Source: Candidatus Latescibacterota bacterium (lineage in GTDB: Bacteria; Latescibacterota; UBA2968). Taken from it: DNA of 25,169 nucleotides. The DNA is taken from positions 32,164 through 57,332 of the forward strand of contig JAYODI010000030.1 in assembly GCA_038279365.1 (NCBI GenBank), given 5' to 3'. A model generated the notes under the pieces. The model made no database searches and was not told the origin of the DNA. It saw nothing but the letters and a program-made list of their open reading frames with translations. Shown here piece after piece: positions 8,071 through 16,404 of this stretch. Made by a program: the position numbers and the translations under genes. Within the stretch, counting starts at the first letter, position 1, and the number at the start of each line of letters is the position of its first letter.

Positions 8071-9480
8071 TCAGGCTGCCTCGAAACAGGCGTGGAATCC
8101 GAGGTGAATGGGCGAATTGAGTTCTAACATGGCCACCGGTCCGTTTGCCACATTGAAGGCGTCGAAAATGGCAAAGTAGCTCTGGATTTTCTCGGCATCC
8201 AGCATCTGGCAGATGATGGCGCCTTCTTCCCCTTTGGGGTTACCCACAAAAACGGGTTCGCCACCCAAATAGTGGTTTGGCAAAACTTGGTACATATCCT
8301 GCGTGCCATTCCAATTGAGATGAACGAGCCGATCAAAAAATTTGCGTCCCGGTTTAGCGGTGTTGCCAATACCCAGCACCCAAAAATCTTCACAGCGCTG
8401 AGCAGTTTTGCGACCATCTATTGTAGGAAAGTCGCACATATTGTTGTAGCTCAATGTATGTTGTTCGGTGATTTCACATTGAGATAAGTTGATCTTCAAA
8501 CGAAGTGCACGGGCTTCGCGAACATCAGAAAATAAATCGGGAATAATTTGATATTGATCATATACGGGCTGGTCCAATTCAATCATGTCAATGATGAGGC
8601 TGTCATCCTCTTCAAAGGCATGGGTCAAATGCAAGCAGTAGTTTTGCCCAATAGAAAAGGAGGCAATTTCTTCTCCCGTTTCGCAAGAAATAATGAGTAA
8701 ACGGCTTCCGCGTTCTGGCTGCCAAACAAGTGCATCCATCAGCGGTTGCCCGTCGGACAGGAATTTGTCCATATCCAGTATATAGGGGCTTAAATAAAAT
8801 ATTGCATAGTGTTTGCTAAGCGCAAAGTCATGAATCGAGCATGGTGATTTGAGCGGAAACCGCTTGCGATAAATAAGACGGCCATCCGATCCAAAACGAT
8901 AAAAATTCAGCATGGGGTGGGTGGGTGAAAAAGCGATGCCAAAATTGAACATGTCCCCAGTGTTGTGATCAAATTTGGGATGTGCAGAAAAAGGACTGAC
9001 CCTATTGAGGCGTTTCCCAAAAGTATAGAGACCTCGTGTTTCAAGGGTGATGGGGTCAAGTTCATAAGGCACCCCCTGTTCGCCAAATGCCAAAAGTGTA
9101 TTGGCAAACGGATAGACACTCACATTAACCGGCGAAGCCAGCGCAATTCCACGAATGAGTTGATCACCGTCAAAAGCCGTGCCAAATGTACGGTAGAGCG
9201 GGCGCCCCGCTTCGGCTTCATCAACAAATTTCTGACTGCGCACAAAGCGGTGTGTAACGTGTACCTCACCTTCTGAAAAAAGGAGGGAACAGACCATGCC
9301 ATCGCCATCTAACCAATGCCGATATCTCAAGTTGCCATATACAAAACGCGCCGGGCCATTTAGATAATAGGTCCCCCGAATGTACTCTGGGATTTCACCC
9401 ATAATCTGGTCAATTTTGTAACTGTCTTCATGCACATCAAGCATAAAGATGCGTTCCAGCATGGAAGCGTGATTCTCCAT
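8071..9480 (-). CDS. Carotenoid cleavage dioxygenase / lignostilbene dioxygenase (RPE65 family)
   Basis: GTYYLNGP, HWLDGDGM and NVSV motifs. Four candidate Fe-ligand His in FSAHPK, SIHDF, CLHLTHAFE and LGFHACF, plus EPVFV. Confidence 0.93.
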   Translation of the reverse strand: MENHASMLERIFMLDVHEDSYKIDQIMGEIPEYIRGTYYLNGPARFVYGNLRYRHWLDGDGMVCSLLFSEGEVHVTHRFVRSQKFVDEAEAGRPLYRTFGTAFDGDQLIRGIALASPVNVSVYPFANTLLAFGEQGVPYELDPITLETRGLYTFGKRLNRVSPFSAHPKFDHNTGDMFNFGIAFSPTHPMLNFYRFGSDGRLIYRKRFPLKSPCSIHDFALSKHYAIFYLSPYILDMDKFLSDGQPLMDALVWQPERGSRLLIISCETGEEIASFSIGQNYCLHLTHAFEEDDSLIIDMIELDQPVYDQYQIIPDLFSDVREARALRLKINLSQCEITEQHTLSYNNMCDFPTIDGRKTAQRCEDFWVLGIGNTAKPGRKFFDRLVHLNWNGTQDMYQVLPNHYLGGEPVFVGNPKGEEGAIICQMLDAEKIQSYFAIFDAFNVANGPVAMLELNSPIHLGFHACFEAA

Positions 9481-9556
9481 CTTGAGGTCCCGTTGGTTGC
9501 TACATCTGAAAAAACAACACAGTGCATAATATTCTGCTTTGACTATGTTGTTTTGA

Positions 9557-11311
9557 TTAATTCACCGACACGTTTTCGGGGTTGTGTGTTTTGGCTTCAC
9601 GAAATTTTTCCATACCATCAGGGCAAAATGACCATTGATAAGGCACATCAGAGCCTCTACAAATTTCATAATATTGTCGAATGGCTTCAACATCAAATTC
9701 AAAATGGCTAAGATCAATGGCTTTAATAAATGCCTGATTGGTCAATACCGATTTGTCCTCGAGTACAATTGAACACATGTAGGTTAAGAAATAACGTGCC
9801 AACTCAGAAAGGCTTTCGACCTGGCTTTCCAAAACTTGGCGCGCTTCTTCAACAGTGACGCCAACTTGGTAGAACGTTTTTTCTGCCGTCTTGAGCGGTT
9901 CGACTTGGGTGAAATCGTGAAAAATGGGATCAGCAAAAGGTTCGCGATGCTGTTTTTTCCATTGGTAAAAAGCACTGATAAATTGTTGCAAGTTTTTGTT
10001 GATGGGCCCCAACACAGAAAAGTGCTTAAAAAACGACAAAACAAATCGACGATCTGCACACAAATCATTAATGAAAGGAAAAACGAAGAAGCTGAAATAG
10101 ACAGCGAGCTCCCAAGTATATTTGATGGAAAAAGCTTCCTGATCGCCCAATGCATCGTAACTGATGGCATAAGTAGGTAACAAAGACTCGTAAATAGATC
10201 GCACCATCAACTCATAAAAATTGCATTTGCTTTCTAATTCTTGAACATCGTCCGTTTTGATGGCATCCACAATTAAGGTATTGTGAAATGCTATAAAATC
10301 ACTTCCGGGGCTATAGAGGGGATCGGTAAACCGGCCGGCTTCACCCGACATAGCCCAGCGCGCCTTGTTAATTGTTTGTCGGCACCCATGAGAAAATGAC
10401 TTATAAGAACTCTTCGCCAAAATTTTGCGATTGGGCAGGTCGCGTTCAAAAAGCGGAAACCGCGCACAAAGCCATTTGATCAATTTTTCGGGTGTATTGA
10501 CTTCTTTATGATCCACAAGCTTGTTGTCGTAGACCAATCCCAAACTGGTGATACCTTGAAGCGGAATAACCCAAAACCAAAAACCTTCACCCATGAAATG
10601 ATTGGTAGCCTGCCAAGCGGGGAGATGCCCAAGATGCATTCTATCGCGTTTTAAACGACGTTCTGTGCGTGACAGATCCGTTAACCTGTCAATATCGACC
10701 AATCCGTCTACCCAAAAGAATGTTGAACCATGATCGATGGGGTTTGTTTCCTGTAATGCCATCTGACGTGCCAGCACCTTGATGCGCCCCGACGTATCAA
10801 CAACCCAAGCAGTTGAGAAGCTTTTTTGCTGCTCCTGATATGTAAAGGTAATCTGGTGCGGGCCTTCTTCCGACAGCTTCACGTCGAGATCTGATGTGGG
10901 CGTCATCAGCGTAAAATTGTCGAATGTGCGATTGCGGCGCAACAGTTCGGCCTCAATTTTGTTTCGGTCAAGTTGATAACATGGAATATTGGAAAAGGTT
11001 CGAATATATGCATGCGAGAAATCCTCGAAATTGCGATTTTCGCGACCCGCGCTTCCCCAATAGAAACGCAGGTTGTATTTCATAAAATGCTCACGGAAAA
11101 GATATTCTTCCATGTCTAACACCTTGCCCAAATAATACCCACCAACCTGTACCAGTGATTCGCCGACCTTCTGTAACTTAGGTGGAATTTCTTCTCGGCG
11201 ATCAATCAGCAATATCCGTTTGTCGGTCTCCAAAAGCAACTGGTGAGACAGCGTGAGGCCTGCCAGACCTGCACCAATAATAATGACGTCATAATCTTCT
11301 GTGTTTTGCAT
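9557..11311 (-). CDS. Flavin-dependent halogenase-like FAD enzyme (tryptophan-halogenase superfamily)
   Basis: DVIIIGAGLAG (GxGxxG), KVGES, a candidate catalytic Lys in FMKYNLRF, the WxWxIP signature (GFWFWVIPL) and GEAGRFTDPLYSPG. Start re-called to ATG 11311 (MQNTEDYDV); the ORF track extends to a TTG at 11374. Confidence 0.82.
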   Translation of the reverse strand: MQNTEDYDVIIIGAGLAGLTLSHQLLLETDKRILLIDRREEIPPKLQKVGESLVQVGGYYLGKVLDMEEYLFREHFMKYNLRFYWGSAGRENRNFEDFSHAYIRTFSNIPCYQLDRNKIEAELLRRNRTFDNFTLMTPTSDLDVKLSEEGPHQITFTYQEQQKSFSTAWVVDTSGRIKVLARQMALQETNPIDHGSTFFWVDGLVDIDRLTDLSRTERRLKRDRMHLGHLPAWQATNHFMGEGFWFWVIPLQGITSLGLVYDNKLVDHKEVNTPEKLIKWLCARFPLFERDLPNRKILAKSSYKSFSHGCRQTINKARWAMSGEAGRFTDPLYSPGSDFIAFHNTLIVDAIKTDDVQELESKCNFYELMVRSIYESLLPTYAISYDALGDQEAFSIKYTWELAVYFSFFVFPFINDLCADRRFVLSFFKHFSVLGPINKNLQQFISAFYQWKKQHREPFADPIFHDFTQVEPLKTAEKTFYQVGVTVEEARQVLESQVESLSELARYFLTYMCSIVLEDKSVLTNQAFIKAIDLSHFEFDVEAIRQYYEICRGSDVPYQWSFCPDGMEKFREAKTHNPENVSVN

Positions 11312-11374
11312 GGTTTTATGCTCTAAATGATGAATGGTTATATGTTCCAACAGGAATCCATTACAACTGCTCAA

Positions 11375-12628
11375 TTACGAACTTTTTCCTTCTATCACCC
11401 AATCAGGCAGCGCATCGGCATCGAGCCAATTGGAAATTTGCCGCCAAGTGCGCAGTGAACCCAAGAGTGTTTGATAGTGCTGCATCGAATGTTGTGTGAG
11501 AAATCCTTTGTAGAGCCGCTCTTTTCGCACATCTAATTTTTCGCCAATCTGGCCACCTGTCACAGCATTCAAAAAGTCTAAAGTAGGAATCGTAGGGTCC
11601 ACATTTTCGGCTTTGAGCGGCATGTCATCAAGGATATGTTTAATGGGTTTAAACACACGAGACGTCATGCCAAATGACATAAAATCGGCCAGACCAAAAC
11701 TCCAATTGACCGGATCGAAACGCAGATTCATAATTTTTTCGGGCTGGTCAGAAACAAAGGTCATCATCAACCGCACTTCACCCGTGTCCATAACCTTAAA
11801 ATTGATGGTTTGAAACGCAGCACCAAACTCGCCTGGCCCGTAGGCAAATGGGCCTCGGTGTGGGTTTTTGACAAAGGCATAACCAAAGCCGTATTCTCCC
11901 AACACCCCCGGCTGCGGGTTATCAACATTGGTAATGAACTCAGGTGTTAAGATCAAATAGGTCGATTCTTTGAGCGGCATGGTCACAGATGGAGAATCAA
12001 CACCCAAAGGTTGCATGGTCACGCTAAAATCAAAAACCTGAAGATTGAGTACGATCCATTCATACGTTTTGCCAATTTCCCTAAGGTCAACAATCTGCTG
12101 TGCGGTTTCTTTGTCAAATTTGCCAATTTCCCCCGTATCGGCCAATTTGTAATAAACCTGAGAAAATCCCATGCCTTTGCGCTGAATATTTTCTTTGGGA
12201 CTCATCAAAGTCTGCAAAAATTTGGGCAGATGACTGGGTCCAACGATCTTCTCTGGCAAACGAAAATCACTGACACGCAAAAAGTAATGAAGCACAAATT
12301 CTTTAATTTGTTCACAGGTCCATTCGACCGATCGGGCTTTTGCATCTCCCGATGCTTTGGGCTGGTCGTAAAACAGCTCGTCACGCACCCCCATTACGGG
12401 CATGATTTTGTTATTTTCCAGTTTGGCTTTGCCAAAAAAACCAAAACTTTTTTCTGGGCGATGCAGGGTGTGTACCAAGTCAAATCGCTCAGAAAACCCA
12501 TCGCTGGTATATGCCTCCTGCCACCATGATTTGAGCGCACGTCCATCAGACAAAAACCCATCCAAAGTCTTGAGTATTTGCTGATCTTCTTCTGTCATAC
12601 GATCTATAATTGGTGTTTTTTTCGTCAT
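11375..12628 (-). CDS. Hypothetical protein (417 aa)
   Basis: Long ORF in the operon orientation with an AAGGG RBS. No family motif recognised. Confidence 0.75.
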   Translation of the reverse strand: MTKKTPIIDRMTEEDQQILKTLDGFLSDGRALKSWWQEAYTSDGFSERFDLVHTLHRPEKSFGFFGKAKLENNKIMPVMGVRDELFYDQPKASGDAKARSVEWTCEQIKEFVLHYFLRVSDFRLPEKIVGPSHLPKFLQTLMSPKENIQRKGMGFSQVYYKLADTGEIGKFDKETAQQIVDLREIGKTYEWIVLNLQVFDFSVTMQPLGVDSPSVTMPLKESTYLILTPEFITNVDNPQPGVLGEYGFGYAFVKNPHRGPFAYGPGEFGAAFQTINFKVMDTGEVRLMMTFVSDQPEKIMNLRFDPVNWSFGLADFMSFGMTSRVFKPIKHILDDMPLKAENVDPTIPTLDFLNAVTGGQIGEKLDVRKERLYKGFLTQHSMQHYQTLLGSLRTWRQISNWLDADALPDWVIEGKSS

Positions 12629-12676
12629 TGTCTAAACACCCTTCTGTATGTGTTGTACACGTTTACCTATGCACAT

Positions 12677-12910
12677 CTATTTGTCTTTTTGGTGAAACAC
12701 GGCCAAGCGTTTTTTCACGCCGTTGCTGATGTCTCCTGCCTTTTCCATCATTTGAGCCATCTGCATCACTTTTTGCATGGCTTCAGGTGGTGTCAACCGA
12801 CCCTTTTTTAAGGTGTAGACCCCATACAGATAGAGCGTAATAAAGTCGTTGAGCATCGACCCATCAAACAGGGGTTCTTCAATTTTTTGTGGTTCCTCTT
12901 GCTCTGACAT
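12677..12910 (-). CDS. Small hypothetical helical protein (77 aa)
   Basis: Strong GGGAGG RBS 4 nt before the ATG. It fills the gap between two long genes in the same orientation. Confidence 0.7.
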   Translation of the reverse strand: MSEQEEPQKIEEPLFDGSMLNDFITLYLYGVYTLKKGRLTPPEAMQKVMQMAQMMEKAGDISNGVKKRLAVFHQKDK

Positions 12911-12968
12911 GGTGCCTCCCCAAATGGGCTTAATAGATACTCATTGCGCGTTTAAAAGTTTACCCAAA

Positions 12969-15900
12969 TTACGGACGTGCCTTTTCTTCATCGGTGGGCT
13001 TGGTGTTGACATTTGAAACAAATCCGCCGTTGATCTGGATGCTGACATAAGGCGTTTTACGCGACGTTGATATTTGTGCCGTCACCAATTGAATACTTTC
13101 CTGTCCGGCTTTTTCCCAAATGCCATAACCCGAAAAGCTGACCGTGTCGTAGTTGCCTTCTTTGAGTGTTGATTGACGCGAGTTGGTGAAGCTCACCCAG
13201 GTCAGGCTGTTCAACTTGAACCTGCCATCCTGACTGTGGTTGGTGTAGACAAATGACGCATCTCGGTTTTCTGGGTCAGATGGAATGTCGAAGCTGTATG
13301 AAAAATGTTCACCCGTTGAGGCAACAACGTCTTCGGCCTCACCTTTTTTGACAAAATCGGTGGGCGCATCGTTGTGCATGGCTTGTAGCCACATAAAGGG
13401 ATCCAGTGTCGAGTCAGAGAGCACTTTGAAACCCGAACCGAGATTGGGAGATGGGAAGTAGAATTCGCCGGGATAAACCACACGAACCTCACCGTCAAAA
13501 CGGAAGACGGTTTCACCCTGTGGACCTTTTTCAAAACAGGCAGGGCCTCTAAAAAAGAACGACGATTTGGGTGTGCGTGGTTCAACGCGAATAAGTGCAA
13601 AAAACAAGTTTTGGCTAATCAAGCCGCGCTGCAAAACGTTGGCGAGTACTTTGCCCGTTTTGAGGTTGACCATGCCAACCGACAAATCGAACGGGTCATC
13701 AATAGAAAACACATTGTTGAGAAAATAGGTTTGTTGTGGAAAGCGCAAAAACTCGTTATGCCCATGGGGTCCTGGCAGCAATGGCATATTGGCTTCAGAA
13801 CCAGGCAATTTTTCACTGAGAGGATTGTCTTTGAGCGCATGCCCCAAAAACCCCCCCGGATTGAGTTTGGTGATGGCAATGGGAACAGAGTCGCCACAGC
13901 GCTGACCAAATTGCACCATAATACGCCCCAGCAAATGCGAGCGGCCTTTTCCCGTACCACCCAGTTCGGGCAGGTCGAGCGTAAAAAGATCACCAAAACT
14001 GGTATTGTGTGTGTAAATCGTATATTCTTGCAGCGTATTTTCAGGCAATTCGGGTAACAAGTCTGATTCTTCGAGCGGTTCGGGTGCCTTGGTGCTCAAA
14101 TGCAAATGAGGATGCAGGGTCGTACCACGTGCCGGAATATGAGCATACTGCTGTGTGGGACTGCAAAATGGCAATGGAAACCGAATCGGATCGTCGAGAC
14201 CCGGTACCATACCCAATGGCACAAAAGTGCTACCGTAAAATGAAAAATCCAGTTTGCCATCGTTGCGTTGCTCAAATTTGGCCCAGGCCGATCCATACAT
14301 GCCCGGAAACTGGATGGGCACATCGGGGAACTTGGGGTTGACACGAACAAGTGAGAAAAGTGCTGTGTTGAAAAAACGCACGGCCCAATCTAAGTTGGTG
14401 ACTTCGCCCGTTTCCAGGTTCAGATCACCAGATGAAATTATCTTGGGATCATCTTTGACCTGATTGTGCAGAACGGGCAATTTAAAAAATGTGGGGGCTG
14501 TCATAACGCCATCATCACCCACAAGGCCCGTTTCGCCACCATGATAGACCTCAAAGTGCGTGATCTTGTCTTTGGGTTCCGAAAACTTAAAACGCAAATA
14601 ACCATTCAAATGGCTATCGGTCATAGCCAAGCCCCCAAAGAGCAGATCTCCAGAAGAACCAAAGTCAGCGTCTATTTTGTTTTTGCAATTCACCGGGCGA
14701 ATGGCATCGCCAAAATAGCTGGCCTCTTTGCTCAGTGGCAAGATTTGCTCGCCCCCAGGCGGCAATTGGAGCATCAAAGATGGATCATCGGCCACGACAA
14801 CCTCGTTTGCCGGTTCTTCAGGCATTTCAGGCGGGCTAAGCGGTTCGGGCATTTGTTCAACCCTACGCGGAAGATCTTCCATGGCCAGCACAGGGCCTTC
14901 GGCCTGATGATAATCTGCAACCGCATCGGTCGCTGCAATGTGAGACACATCAATCAGTGGAAAACTGGCTTCATAAACTTCATTGAGACGCCTGAGCACA
15001 TCGTTGGCAATAAGCGCATGACCCGTGGCACCTGGATAATAGCCATTGAGCGAGTAAAAACCACCCAAGAAATCGGCAGTAAGTGTTTGGCCATGTTCAC
15101 GGATGCCTGATTCGGCCAAATGGTGGATAAACCCGTGAAGATCATAGACCAACGCACTGTGTGCATCGGCCTTTTCGGAAATGGCCCGATTGAGGGCTGA
15201 AACACATGTGTGAACAGTGTTGGCCATTTCACCTGAGAGAATCGATCCTTCGGGCAGTGTTGAGATCTTGCCAGACAGAAACTGGCAACCCATTTCCATA
15301 AGCCCATTAACCGTGATCCGATCGCCCTCTGCAAGGTCGTACGTATTTTGAATAATGGCTGGATCAACCTTGAGATTGAGAGCTGCCGATTCTATGCTTG
15401 AAAAATAGGCCGTGTCCATCGGATCGGGTACGGTCATAACCAGAACCTGAGCGCCTTGTTCGCGAAATGTCGTGATTAGTTTTTCATAACTTTCAGCAAA
15501 AGCTGCACCATCGGGCAGTGCATCACTATTCTGGCTAATAGCCGCTTCCAGTACTTCGTGAAATCCGAGGGCCAACAATACAAATGAAGGGTTGCGCTGC
15601 TGAGCATATTCAAATTGTGTGAGACACGCCCCCGTCCCATTGCGAAAACCATCAAGCCCCAAAATGAGGTTGGCAGATGTTTGTTTGACATCGTCGCGAT
15701 GAATAATTGGCAATTGGGGGCGTAAGTGGATGGCATCTGAAAGTGTAAAACCGGGTACAGACAAATTGCACAGCGCATCGGCCTCTACATTTTCCATAAT
15801 GGTGGTTTGAAAGTGTGCGGGCAAAACAACCGGCAACTCACCAAAACCAACAGGGCTACCAAAACCAGGCGGCTGTACCAAAGGTTGCTCAAACCGAGTT

Positions 15901-16346
15901 TTTATTTGCCGGGCCATCTGTGCGGGAAAGCTGTCTTTTTGAAATGCTTTATTGAGCCCAAAATCCACCAAGCCTGCCGCCAGACCCTCGCCCAACACAA
16001 CAAAGGTGCTGGCGTCTAATTTGCCGGGGTTGACATCTTGTGGCCGATCGGCAGACATTGGCACACTGCTGGTATCTTGTTGTGTGTCTTGTGTTTTGTT
16101 ATCCGATGCCTTTTTAAAAACTTTATCGACAACATTGCGCTGCAAACCATCACCGGTCTTGAAAACGCCTTTAATCGTATCACCCATTTGATTTTCTGTG
16201 ACTTTTGTGACGGAGTCTATGGCTGATGCAACTTTTTTCTGAGAGGAATCGATATCTTTAGACGACAAGATATTGATCATCTGTTTGACACCAAACATGG
16301 GCAATGCCATCGAAAAACTGACCACCGACTTTATAAATTTTCGCAT
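12969..16346 (-). CDS. Large multidomain protein: shared N-terminal module + inactive SGNH/GDSL-like domain + two tandem beta-rich domains
   Basis: AGGAG RBS. FVVLGEGLAAG matches block I (normally GDSLxAG), CNLSVPG block II, and GGFYSLNGYYPGATGHALIAN block V (normally DGxHP). A Pro/Glu-rich linker and an internal duplication follow. Confidence 0.8.
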   Translation of the reverse strand: MRKFIKSVVSFSMALPMFGVKQMINILSSKDIDSSQKKVASAIDSVTKVTENQMGDTIKGVFKTGDGLQRNVVDKVFKKASDNKTQDTQQDTSSVPMSADRPQDVNPGKLDASTFVVLGEGLAAGLVDFGLNKAFQKDSFPAQMARQIKTRFEQPLVQPPGFGSPVGFGELPVVLPAHFQTTIMENVEADALCNLSVPGFTLSDAIHLRPQLPIIHRDDVKQTSANLILGLDGFRNGTGACLTQFEYAQQRNPSFVLLALGFHEVLEAAISQNSDALPDGAAFAESYEKLITTFREQGAQVLVMTVPDPMDTAYFSSIESAALNLKVDPAIIQNTYDLAEGDRITVNGLMEMGCQFLSGKISTLPEGSILSGEMANTVHTCVSALNRAISEKADAHSALVYDLHGFIHHLAESGIREHGQTLTADFLGGFYSLNGYYPGATGHALIANDVLRRLNEVYEASFPLIDVSHIAATDAVADYHQAEGPVLAMEDLPRRVEQMPEPLSPPEMPEEPANEVVVADDPSLMLQLPPGGEQILPLSKEASYFGDAIRPVNCKNKIDADFGSSGDLLFGGLAMTDSHLNGYLRFKFSEPKDKITHFEVYHGGETGLVGDDGVMTAPTFFKLPVLHNQVKDDPKIISSGDLNLETGEVTNLDWAVRFFNTALFSLVRVNPKFPDVPIQFPGMYGSAWAKFEQRNDGKLDFSFYGSTFVPLGMVPGLDDPIRFPLPFCSPTQQYAHIPARGTTLHPHLHLSTKAPEPLEESDLLPELPENTLQEYTIYTHNTSFGDLFTLDLPELGGTGKGRSHLLGRIMVQFGQRCGDSVPIAITKLNPGGFLGHALKDNPLSEKLPGSEANMPLLPGPHGHNEFLRFPQQTYFLNNVFSIDDPFDLSVGMVNLKTGKVLANVLQRGLISQNLFFALIRVEPRTPKSSFFFRGPACFEKGPQGETVFRFDGEVRVVYPGEFYFPSPNLGSGFKVLSDSTLDPFMWLQAMHNDAPTDFVKKGEAEDVVASTGEHFSYSFDIPSDPENRDASFVYTNHSQDGRFKLNSLTWVSFTNSRQSTLKEGNYDTVSFSGYGIWEKAGQESIQLVTAQISTSRKTPYVSIQINGGFVSNVNTKPTDEEKARP
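13380..14745 (-). repeat. Two ~215-aa internal domain repeats in the 1125-aa protein (about 14095-14745 and 13380-14030)
   Basis: Aligned motifs: SYFGD/TSFGD; SHLNG/SHLLG; GDLNLETGEV/GMVNLKTGKV; LFSLVRVNPKFP/FFALIRVEPRTP; AKFEQRNDG/ACFEKGPQG; TLHPHL/TLDPFM. Confidence 0.8.
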
Positions 16347-16404
16347 GGAACACTCCTGTCACATCAAATGCATGTGATGAGTTGAAAATAAACTTCGAAA
16401 AACA

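Noticed and set aside
11312-11374. His-rich N-terminal extension (HITIHHLEH) on the halogenase-like ORF
   Set aside because: It depends on a TTG start. The FAD-binding motif normally sits at the extreme N-terminus, which fits the ATG at 11311. Not fully excluded, because the TTG abuts the upstream stop.
16359-16377. Possible CRP/FNR-type site, given the cNMP-domain gene nearby
   Set aside because: The half-sites are in the opposite order and spacing to TGTGA-N6-TCACA.
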